Source: a virus | Lineage: Duplodnaviria > Caudoviricetes | DNA: 64,000 nt | Strand: one strand, 5' to 3' | IMG/VR virus record: IMGVR_UViG_2721755486_000001 | Span: 64,001 to 128,000 of that record | Position numbers and translations under genes: made by a program | In this document: one piece after another, positions 50,456 to 58,523 of the stretch | Numbering within the stretch: the stretch's first letter is position 1 | How the letters are laid out: each line of letters starts with the position of its first letter | The notes under the pieces: generated by a model | Told to the model about the DNA's origin: nothing | The model's input: the letters and a program-made list of their open reading frames with translations, nothing else | The model's database searches: none

Positions 50456-50671
50456 ATGAGCACCACCACCTGGAACATGTTTCGCTTCTACCCCAGCAAC
50501 GAGGACCGCTACACGGAGGCACCGACCAAAACGGAAGCGATAGCGCGTGGCCTGGGCCTGGCGGTCGACGAGCTGGATGCTGCGATGCTGACCTCCGACA
50601 ACTTCGCCGAGGGCTACGTCATCCGGGCAGTGCTCGACACCCGACCGGAGTACAGCGCGGCGCTGGCCTGA
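50456..50671 (+). CDS. Small hypothetical protein
   Basis: Promoter at 50371, leader hairpin, GAGG RBS. Confidence 0.6.
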   Translation: MSTTTWNMFRFYPSNEDRYTEAPTKTEAIARGLGLAVDELDAAMLTSDNFAEGYVIRAVLDTRPEYSAALA

Positions 50672-50763
50672 TCACCACCAGCACCACCGTTCGTCCAGGG
50701 CCCATCGCGAAACGATGGGTTCGTCCGTACCGGAGCATCCCGCTCCGTTCTACGGACACCACC

Positions 50764-51012
50764 ATGAGCAAGCAACAACACTACTCGAACGACAAAGACC
50801 TGCACCGCCACGTCGCGGGCCTGGTCAAGCAAGGTTGGACCTTCCAAAAAGGGCGGGTCCACGGGAAACTGATCGCACCCAACGGGCGGCGCATGTCCGT
50901 GGCGGTGAGCCCATCGGACCGTCGGGGATTCGAAAACCACGTGCACCAGGTCGAACGACTTCAAGCTCTACCGGCCGCGCCAACACGGACACGCAAGGGC
51001 AAAGGAAGATGA
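50764..51012 (+). CDS. HicA-like small protein with no adjacent HicB
   Basis: LVKQGWTFQKGRVHGKLIAPNGRRMSVAVSPSD pattern. Confidence 0.55.
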   Translation: MSKQQHYSNDKDLHRHVAGLVKQGWTFQKGRVHGKLIAPNGRRMSVAVSPSDRRGFENHVHQVERLQALPAAPTRTRKGKGR

Positions 51013-51062
51013 GGCAGGGCGGGTAGGTGAGGCGGTGCCCTGGCACGGGCACCGCCTGACGG

Positions 51063-51821
51063 TCAGTCGAAAATGCTGTCCCAGAGCGCGCTCACCGCGG
51101 TGACGGCGAGTCCGACACCGGCGGCCACCGCGACGACGGGCAGGCTCACCGGGGCGGACACGATCCCCACGGCAGCGGCGCCGGCGCCACCAACGACACC
51201 GGTCAGGCCCGCAGCGGTCAGCCCGTTGGCGATCGCGGTCGTGGCGGCCGGGGCCGACAAGGTAAGGGCCGCGCTTACGGTGGGGGCCAGCGATGCGGCA
51301 GCACGTGCGGCGGTGGCCGCGTTCACCGCGCTCGTCACCGTCGACGCCGTGCGCCCGGCGCTCATCATTTGTGCGGCCACACGGACCGTGGAACCCATCA
51401 CCTCCTGCGTTCCCCAGGTCTGGTACCAGCGGTACATGAAAGCGGTCGCGGCGGTGGTTCCCATCGAGCGGACCATCTTGTTGACCTGCTCGCTCGTGTG
51501 CTCATCCTCGATGCACCACGTAACGAAGTGCTCGCAGTTGTTGAAGACGAGGTTGTACTCCTCCTCGCCGATGCGTTGGCGGGCGCGCCGAACGCTTTCC
51601 AGGCGACCGTGCAACCGATCCGGGTGATCGACGAACCGGACTTTGCGGTCTTTGGCAAAGGCCGACATGGGCACCTCCTCGATCACCCCGGTGTCCCACA
51701 GCGCGTCCTTCCCCGAATATTGGATGACCGTGTTGGGCCCGGAGGCAAGCCCGTGGTGCTCGTAGCCGAAGCGCTGTACCCACAAGTGGTCCCCGGCGCG
51801 AATCGTTCGATCGTCGCTCAT
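51063..51821 (-). CDS. LRAT (NC domain, permuted NlpC/P60) family protein
   Basis: GDHL...YEHHG, YNLVFNNCEHF; hydrophobic Gly/Ala-rich C-terminus. Confidence 0.88.
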   Translation of the reverse strand: MSDDRTIRAGDHLWVQRFGYEHHGLASGPNTVIQYSGKDALWDTGVIEEVPMSAFAKDRKVRFVDHPDRLHGRLESVRRARQRIGEEEYNLVFNNCEHFVTWCIEDEHTSEQVNKMVRSMGTTAATAFMYRWYQTWGTQEVMGSTVRVAAQMMSAGRTASTVTSAVNAATAARAAASLAPTVSAALTLSAPAATTAIANGLTAAGLTGVVGGAGAAAVGIVSAPVSLPVVAVAAGVGLAVTAVSALWDSIFD

Positions 51822-52392
51822 GCTGGTCTTCTCGCTTGTTCGTGTTCGTGTTGTCGGACGCCTGCTCTACGGCAGATCGTCGCTGAACTTTACAGCAGCT
51901 TGCGCTCGGGCGGTGCGGTGGGCACCACCAAGGGGGCAGGCAGGACCGTGGCAGGGGCGGGCGGCGATGGGCCCGGCGGGCACCAGGGAAAACGGCGGCG
52001 ACCAGCGACCACACCAACACCCTGGGCCCGTGGCCCCAGGTCAAGGCGGTGCTGACGCCAACGGGCGCGGGCCAGCTCCGTTTCGCACCCAGGGCCGGAG
52101 GCGGGGTTCGTGCCCTCCGCCCATGAGGGTGGTGTCCTCGCGGTCGAGCGACCCCACAGCATCCGCAGCAGCCAAACGATCAACACCTCGCGTTCACCGC
52201 TGACCACAACACCCACCAGACGTTGATGACGCGAGCACCGGTCACGCATGGCGCGCCCACCGGTCGTCCGTGTCCCATGGGCCACCCACGTCTCCTCCCA
52301 CCGTACTTGACGAACCAGGATGACCCGCTAGGGTGGCCTGCAGCAGGGCCGCATCGAGCCCTGAACGTCAACGTCAACGAGAGGAGGAGACG

Positions 52393-52647
52393 ATGAGCAA
52401 GCGCACGGCTTTGCAGCTCAAGGAGCCCAACCACGAGGATCCCAAGATCACCCGCCTCACCAACGCCATCGAGCGCAAGCACCGCGTGGTCGGCGTCAAC
52501 CAGGCTGGGGAACGTGTGGCGTACGACTGGGACGGCGTGACCGGTGAATGGCGCCGCGACTGGGAGTACGGTTCGACCACGCCCTTGGGTCGCGCGTTCG
52601 GGGAAGACCGTTCCGTTGGGGCCGGATTCGCGTTCGACGGGTTCTGA
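52393..52647 (+). CDS. Small hypothetical protein
   Basis: Promoter at 52307; GAGGAGGAG RBS. Confidence 0.6.
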   Translation: MSKRTALQLKEPNHEDPKITRLTNAIERKHRVVGVNQAGERVAYDWDGVTGEWRRDWEYGSTTPLGRAFGEDRSVGAGFAFDGF

Positions 52648-52993
52648 CGGAGCGGCACATGGGACTGGTTGACCCGTGCCAACGCACGGACCCGACAGGA
52701 GCAGCGCCCACCACCTCGGTGGGCGTTGTGTTTTGTGGGGCTGACGACGTGCGCCTGAGCGGTGGAGGGCATGACACCTTCCCACGCGGCGGCGGAAGCG
52801 GTTCATCGCCATCCCCCAGCGTATCTACCGCTCGGTACCGAGCGTCGACCGTTCGTCCGAAAGATCGAGTAATGCACGAAGTTTCTGCATTCGTCGCAGT
52901 CGAGCCTATTGCCAACCTCATTGGGTTTTGTAGACTGAAAGCATATGGAAGGCGCAAACACATCGCCGACCCGCCACCCGATGGAGCAAGACC

Positions 52994-53443
52994 ATGAGCA
53001 CCCTGACCCTCACCACCAAGCTGAACGCCCGCATGATGGCCGCCGTCATCCTGGACGACGCTCGCGACATCCGCCGCCTGGCGAAGGAAGGGCTGGACGT
53101 GACCGGCGTCAGCCTGACCGGGGACACTTGGCTCGACATCGCGGTGGCCCGCAACCGCATGAACGCCGCCGCCGCGATCATCATGTTGTCCGGCAGCAAG
53201 ACCAACGTCCTGAACGCGGTCGACAAGACCGGTGACACGGTGCTCGACAAGGCCGTGGGCGTGGTGAGCGAGAAGTTCCTCGTGATGCTCCTGAGCGCGA
53301 GCGACAAGCTCAACCTCCTGCACCGGAACAGCAAGGGGGTCTCGACGCTGGACCTGCTGGTGAAGCTCAACAGCAAGCCTGTGAACGACGCCCTGGCGCG
53401 GAAGCGGAACCGGACCATCGACACCATGGCCCTGGCCGCCTGA
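52994..53443 (+). CDS. Divergent ankyrin-repeat protein
   Basis: GDTWLDIAV, NAVDKTGDTVLDKAV, GVSTLDL. Confidence 0.7.
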   Translation: MSTLTLTTKLNARMMAAVILDDARDIRRLAKEGLDVTGVSLTGDTWLDIAVARNRMNAAAAIIMLSGSKTNVLNAVDKTGDTVLDKAVGVVSEKFLVMLLSASDKLNLLHRNSKGVSTLDLLVKLNSKPVNDALARKRNRTIDTMALAA

Positions 53444-53461
53444 CCAGCGAACCGCACAACC

Positions 53462-53590
53462 CCAGGGCCACGACCCTGGATAACAACAGGAGGAGCAGGG
53501 CCAAACCGGAGGAGTGGCCCTGACAACAAGGAGGAGCACAACAACAACTAGGGGAGGAGGGTAAAGCGGCGCCAGATGGCGCCGCTTTTC
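53462..53590 (+). ncRNA. Candidate GGA-repeat sRNA or 3' UTR (Csr/Rsm-sponge-like)
   Basis: Four GGAGGAG at 53489, 53508, 53530, 53553, one in a hairpin loop; ends at a strong terminator. Confidence 0.4.
53563..53590. terminator. Bidirectional intrinsic terminator
   Basis: AAAGCGGCGCCA-GA-TGGCGCCGCTTTT between convergent genes. Confidence 0.75.
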
Positions 53591-53807
53591 ACATGGGCAG
53601 GCGTAGCGCGGTGCGGGACCCGTGCGCGGGGCTGGTCGTACCGGGTGGCGGGGCAGAACCGGACGAGTGCAAGACAGGGGCCGGGATCTGCAACGCGGCG
53701 GTGGCGATTCACCACCACCCCCGATTCACCACCACCCCCACACCGGGGCCACCGGCCCGGTCCCGAAATCCCGGTGCTGATGCCCGTGCCAGGGCACAAC
53801 CCCAACG

Positions 53808-54485
53808 TCACACGAACACGCACCGCTGCTGCTGCTCGGGTTGCCAGGGGCAGGGCGTGCGCGTCACAGCGTGCACCATCGGGGAGGCGTAGCGCGGATC
53901 GTCCGCGGGGAACTCCACCGGGGCTTTCTTCCACGAGAACGCGGGCAAGACCGGGACGATGAGCCAGTCTGCCTCGGTGGCGAGCATGTCGGCGAAGGCC
54001 TCGACCTCGACCCGGTTGGACCGGAACACCCGGTACTTCCCGACTTGGCGGCGCTCGGCGAACGTCCCATCGAGCAGGCAGGCACGCTGGGCGTACAGCT
54101 CTTCGTGCGACACCAGCCCATGCTTGCGCATCGTGCGGACCTGCAGGCGCTCCCGGGCCAGGGTACGACGGTCGTACTCCGGGTCCTGTGCATGCTCGGC
54201 GATGTCCGCCTCCATCGCTTCAACCACGTCCATCCCGTCGGCTGAACCACGGACGAGCAGGGCAGCCCAATGCTCGCTCGGCACGGTGAAGTAAAAGCCC
54301 ACCCGGTCCGTGTCGAACCAGGACGGGTCCTCCACCCACTCGGGCACGAACACGTCGGCGTGGGGCAGGCGACGTCCCGCCAGATCGTCCAAGGCCCGGA
54401 AGATGTAAAAGTGCGGGTCCAGGGACCGCTCGACCAGGTGGACCGGGCGGCGGCGCTTCAGCTTCTCGTTGGCGGCTACCTTCAT
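53808..54485 (-). CDS. Hypothetical protein
   Basis: ATGA overlap with the upstream gene; GGAGG RBS. Confidence 0.65.
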   Translation of the reverse strand: MKVAANEKLKRRRPVHLVERSLDPHFYIFRALDDLAGRRLPHADVFVPEWVEDPSWFDTDRVGFYFTVPSEHWAALLVRGSADGMDVVEAMEADIAEHAQDPEYDRRTLARERLQVRTMRKHGLVSHEELYAQRACLLDGTFAERRQVGKYRVFRSNRVEVEAFADMLATEADWLIVPVLPAFSWKKAPVEFPADDPRYASPMVHAVTRTPCPWQPEQQQRCVFV

Positions 54486-55882
54486 GCGGCACCTCCCATC
54501 CGGCCCGTGGCCGTGGCCTGGCTGGTCGGATTGAGCAGACGCTCCCGTAACGCGGCCAGGCGGTCCTGCACGTCCATGGGCAACGGGGCGCGCACCGGCT
54601 CGACCGCAACCGGAGCGACCGGCACCACCTCGTGCTCGCGCACCGGCAGGGGCTTACCCTCACGCAGGGCGTCCAGGAACTCCGCGTGGCGGGCAACGAT
54701 GGCGTCCTGGCGGTGGGCCAGCTCAGGGTTCAGCGGACGATAGAGCGGTGCCGATTCACCGGGCGACCGTACCGAACGTTCGGCACGCGGCGCGGCAGGT
54801 TCCGCTTTGCCCGTGCGCACGTCCTCCAGACGTTGGGCCAGACCGGCGAGCGCATCGTTGACCGGCTTCTCGCGCAAGGTCCGGCGACGCTGCTCCTCGA
54901 CCACCCGCTGTCCCGGCTTTGCTTGCACCGACCACCGGGCGACGCGTCGCGCTTCCTGCACCCACCGCTCGCCGGTGAGCAAGATGTGCCACCGCGCGTA
55001 GTGCTCGTGCCACCCACCGGGGGCCAGGCGTTCCCGCTCCTCCAATGCGAGGGACGACGGGCTGAACGAGGGGAAGGCGGTCCGCTCGCGATCGGTCATG
55101 CTCGGGCGCACCAGCACGGCGTTTTCCTCGACCAGGGCCCAGGCCGCCTCGTACCATCGGTCCAGGGGCACCTCGAACAGTGCGAACCGGCCTTGCGACA
55201 CGTCACGCGCCCCAAACTCGAATCGAAGGCGAAGGCGGACAGCACCACCCCGTTCGTTGGGCAGGCTCCGCAGGTCCCAACCGAAGTACCCCACCTCGCC
55301 GAAGGCCTGGGCCAAGACACGGAAGCGGGGGAAGGCCCAACGCTGACGCAGCGCGTGCATCGCGGCGTCGGTCCCCTTCACCGACAGCGGCAGCACATGG
55401 TTGGCCCCGTCCAGCAGAGCCTCACGACGGCGCGCGAGCAGCTTGACCGGATCGGTCGCGCGACCGAAGGCCAGCCAGTCCCGCCCGCCCTTGTCGTTCT
55501 GGCATTCCGCGCAGCAGAGCACGCGGTTTTCCTCCAGCGCCGTCCCGCCCAAGGCCAGGGGCACCAGCAGGTCCGCCATGGCACGGGGCGCACCGTCAAC
55601 CCGGCTCCCGGTGACCGAGAGGGTAAGACCGCAGTAGGCGCAGACCCCAGACTGCTGGTCGGCGAGGTACCGCACCATCCACGGCTCAGTGTGGCGCATC
55701 GACGCCCGCAGACCTTCGACAAGCTGGGAGAACAGCAGGTCCTGCAACGACCCGGGTTCCACCTTAACCGGTGGCACCTCGACCGGCTGATCCTCGTGGT
55801 CCGCAGGGTCGTACAGGTCCTCGTACGGCTCGTCGTGGTCGAACACCGTCAGGCTGGTGGGGCGCTTGAACATGCTCCCCAT
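54482..55882 (-). CDS. Protein with degenerate HNH/Zn-finger domain
   Basis: CAYCG...ADLLVPLALGG...NRVLCCAECQNDKG; catalytic His position is Leu. Confidence 0.7.
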   Translation of the reverse strand: MGSMFKRPTSLTVFDHDEPYEDLYDPADHEDQPVEVPPVKVEPGSLQDLLFSQLVEGLRASMRHTEPWMVRYLADQQSGVCAYCGLTLSVTGSRVDGAPRAMADLLVPLALGGTALEENRVLCCAECQNDKGGRDWLAFGRATDPVKLLARRREALLDGANHVLPLSVKGTDAAMHALRQRWAFPRFRVLAQAFGEVGYFGWDLRSLPNERGGAVRLRLRFEFGARDVSQGRFALFEVPLDRWYEAAWALVEENAVLVRPSMTDRERTAFPSFSPSSLALEERERLAPGGWHEHYARWHILLTGERWVQEARRVARWSVQAKPGQRVVEEQRRRTLREKPVNDALAGLAQRLEDVRTGKAEPAAPRAERSVRSPGESAPLYRPLNPELAHRQDAIVARHAEFLDALREGKPLPVREHEVVPVAPVAVEPVRAPLPMDVQDRLAALRERLLNPTSQATATGRMGGAA

Positions 55883-55884
55883 GG

Positions 55885-56118
55885 TCAGACCTCGCTGCTC
55901 TCAACCGGGGTAGCGCGGCGCAGGCCCGCACCGTGGACGCGCTCGACCGCCTCGACAATGGCGTCCGGCACGGTGATGCCGTTCAGCTTCGCGTACGACA
56001 CCAGCAGCGCGTCCAGGTCCAGGGGGACCAGCAGGCTCCGGCGCTTGTGGGTGGTTTTCGAGCGCTTCGCCCAGTCGGCGTACACGGCCGCGCGGCGTTC
56101 AGGGTTTTTCGACGGCAT
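55885..56118 (-). CDS. Small ribbon-helix-helix-like regulator
   Basis: KRRSLLVPLDLDALLVSYAKLNGITVPDAIVEAV; first gene of a three-gene operon. Confidence 0.55.
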   Translation of the reverse strand: MPSKNPERRAAVYADWAKRSKTTHKRRSLLVPLDLDALLVSYAKLNGITVPDAIVEAVERVHGAGLRRATPVESSEV

Positions 56119-57751
56119 GGGTCTCCTCCACGTTGACTAAGAAGGCTCGACGCCAAGGCGTCGGCATGACCCCAACCTAGCACCGCCTTGGGTTTGCGCA
56201 AGTCCATACGGTCGTGCCAGGGTACACCTCCACGGGGTTCGCCGGACGGCACCTGCAGGATCGCTCCGGCCTCGCCGGCCGGGCTGTCGGTTGTACGTTC
56301 GCGCTCGCCGCGCGGGCTGAAGGCTCTGACCTGGGGAGAAGGCTGAACCCGGATCGGTTCGATCGTGCTGTACAGGTGCAGGGGCAAGACGGCTCGGGCC
56401 AGGCGGAGGTCTACCACCACCAGGGGGAGGGTCGGACGCGCGGCTGGCCCGTGGCGTCGTACCGTGATCGAGGGGTGGAGGGATGGCACAGGCGGGGCAC
56501 TGCTCGACGCGCGGAGCGCGAACGGCTGAACGTCCAAGGAGGGAGGCGGCACCGCGCGCACGCGTGACCGGCACCGCCTCAACGGGACGGCACAGGACCC
56601 ACGCCGTCCCTGGTCCAGCGTTCCCGCACCGCAGCGCGGGCGGAGGTCGTGCGTTCGCTTCGCGGCACCGGCGCGGACGGCGCAACCGCTCCCGGTTCCG
56701 GCACCCCTTCGGGGAGCCGCGACCGGTCGGGTCGTCGCCTGATGTCCGCGCTCACGGTGCGCGCTCCGCGACCACGCACGCTGGACCGCCACCCCCAACG
56801 GCAGAGTCGGACACCACCCACGCTCCCCGGGGTACGGCGACCACGGGTCCAGCGTCGTCACCGAAGGACGGCGGGTACCGTTCACGCGTGCGCGTCCCAG
56901 TCGGGCGATGGGGCGGAACGGGAGCGCGGTGGCGGCGCACCGTCCACGGTCTGGATCACCCGTGCCAATGCACATGTTATACCGGTCATCAGGGCGTGAC
57001 CGGGGGCGCTGCGCGCGCTCGGCGGTTCGACCGACCGCACGTCGGACCCACCCGACCCGATCACGCGTTTCGTTGGTGCGAATGCCAGCGTCATACCGGT
57101 TACATGGGTCATACCCGGGGGCGCTGCGCGGCGCGAGCGTCCGGTGTACGTACACGCGCGGCGACGCACCGAGACCGGAGGCAGGGGAAGGCGGACCACC
57201 TCGCTGACGCGAACAACCCCAGCACCGTTACGTCCGCCTGGACTTGGCGACGCGTCGCCACGACCCGATGGGGCTGGGTCGCGCTGCACGCTGCGCGGCA
57301 ACGGCACGTCCAGGCAACGGCGAACGGCAACCCCGGACCCCACCGTCGTACCGCGTCGGCGTCACGCTGGGCGTTCCGTACCGCACGGCGACGGGCACCC
57401 CCACCGGGCAGCGGAGCAACGCTCCCCGGTACGGCAACGGCGAACCCCAACGGCGGGCGTTCGTCCGGGAGGCAGGGGCGGGTCCGAACGCTGAAGGCGA
57501 CACCGAACGGCGAACATCGAGGGAAGGAGGCTGTCCCTGGTGCGAGAGGAAGGGACGGGCACAGGGACAGCAGCGCGCACAGGTGGAGCAAGGACGTGCG
57601 CGGGGAGCAAGAGCGAGGGGGTACTGCGAAGGAGGAAAAGCGGTGAAGCGTCGTGCTGAAGCACTCGGTTCCTGGGATTTCGACGTCACACCTCCCTCTC
57701 GCGAAAAATCAAAGTCGGTACTCGGAGGGGGTGTTTGCGAAAATCCTGGAA

Positions 57752-57780
57752 CGACACACCCTTCGCACCTTCGGTGTTTA
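57752..57780 (-). other. oriT: Putative oriT nic site, MOB_F (R388/F-like) type; nick between 57756 and 57755
   Basis: Minus strand AAACACCGAAGGTGCGAAGGGTGT^GTCG compared with R388 GCGCACCGAAAGGTGCGTATTGTCT^ and F TTTGCGTGGGGTGT^ as recalled; upstream of accessory and coupling protein genes. Confidence 0.7.
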
Positions 57781-57831
57781 AGAACCTACCCCCAGAACCA
57801 CCGCCATCGCCTTGCTGGGCCTGGCTCGGCT

Positions 57832-57916
57832 GCTTATGCAACGCATAAGCGAAAAACGCACGGCATGCAGCAAAGCACCGTCGAGCAAGGCTCAACCTGC
57901 ATAAGCTGCTTATGCA
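57832..57916. promoter_or_regulatory. GCTTATGC inverted-repeat pairs next to oriT
   Basis: GCTTATGCAACGCATAAGC (57832-57850) and TGCATAAGCTGCTTATGCA (57898-57916). Confidence 0.55.
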
Positions 57917-58011
57917 AGTCGACCGTTCGTCGGCTGGTTCCGCCAAACGCTGGACAAACGGCGAGGACCTGCCATGTTGGGTCATCACCACTTCCAACAG
58001 GAGCGCCCAAC

Positions 58012-58497
58012 ATGCCCCGCACCCGCACCGTCCGAAGCCTCGCTGAAAACAGCCAGACCGACCGCAGCGCGACGCGCAACGGCAAGACCCTCGGCATCTA
58101 CGTCTCCACCGCGGAGGCCGCTCGTGTGGAGGAGGCACGCCAGGCTGCCGGATTCGACAGCACGAACCGCATGTTGCGCGACTTGCTGTTCGGTTTCCTC
58201 GATGGCCGCGACCAGCTCGAAGAACTGCGCGCCGAGCTGCTGGACAGCGTGACCCGCACGATCGAGGGAGCCGTCCCGTTGATGACCGATGCCGTCTCCT
58301 CGAAGACCGACGACAACGTCCGTGCGGCGCTGAGCGACACGGGCAAGTCCGAGCGGGAAACCCGGGCACGGTTGCAACTCGAGATGAAGAACCTCAGCAA
58401 CACCGTCCAGGCAGAGGTCGAGAAGATCGACCTGAAGTTCAAGGTGATCAACGACACGCTGGTCGCGATCCAGAAGGCCCTGGCCGCCAAGGCCTAA
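58012..58497 (+). CDS. Putative relaxosome accessory protein (RHH-like N-terminus, coiled-coil C-terminus)
   Basis: KTLGIYVSTAEAARVEEARQAAGFDSTNRMLRDLL; TrwA-like position after nic. Confidence 0.55.
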   Translation: MPRTRTVRSLAENSQTDRSATRNGKTLGIYVSTAEAARVEEARQAAGFDSTNRMLRDLLFGFLDGRDQLEELRAELLDSVTRTIEGAVPLMTDAVSSKTDDNVRAALSDTGKSERETRARLQLEMKNLSNTVQAEVEKIDLKFKVINDTLVAIQKALAAKA

Positions 58498-58523
58498 CCC
58501 CGGCGACATCACGGAGGAGACAC

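Larger units (their letters stand above)
19816..56201. promoter_or_regulatory. Family of sigma70-like cassette promoters with a 16-bp spacer
   Basis: TTGACR-N16-TAGGTT type, often with ACCCGC before -10: 19816, 20190, 21075, 22195, 24602, 33733, 35598, 37736, 39423, 52307 (+) and about 30023, 32177, 32672, 56201 (-). TTGCYW-N16-TAGACT type: 42642, 44479, 46535, 48509, 50371, 52909. Confidence 0.75.

Noticed and set aside
12585-53443. Cassette array as an integron with attC sites
   Set aside because: No RYYYAAC...GTTRRRY boxes and no integrase seen; cassettes carry their own promoters
57742-57749. ATCCTG as an IncP-type (MOB_P) nic site
   Set aside because: Incomplete match with no suitable upstream inverted repeat; the MOB_F-like site on the other strand fits much better
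57244-58011. 417-aa version of the accessory gene
   Set aside because: The extension crosses the nic site and has low-complexity composition; AGGAG RBS supports ATG 58012
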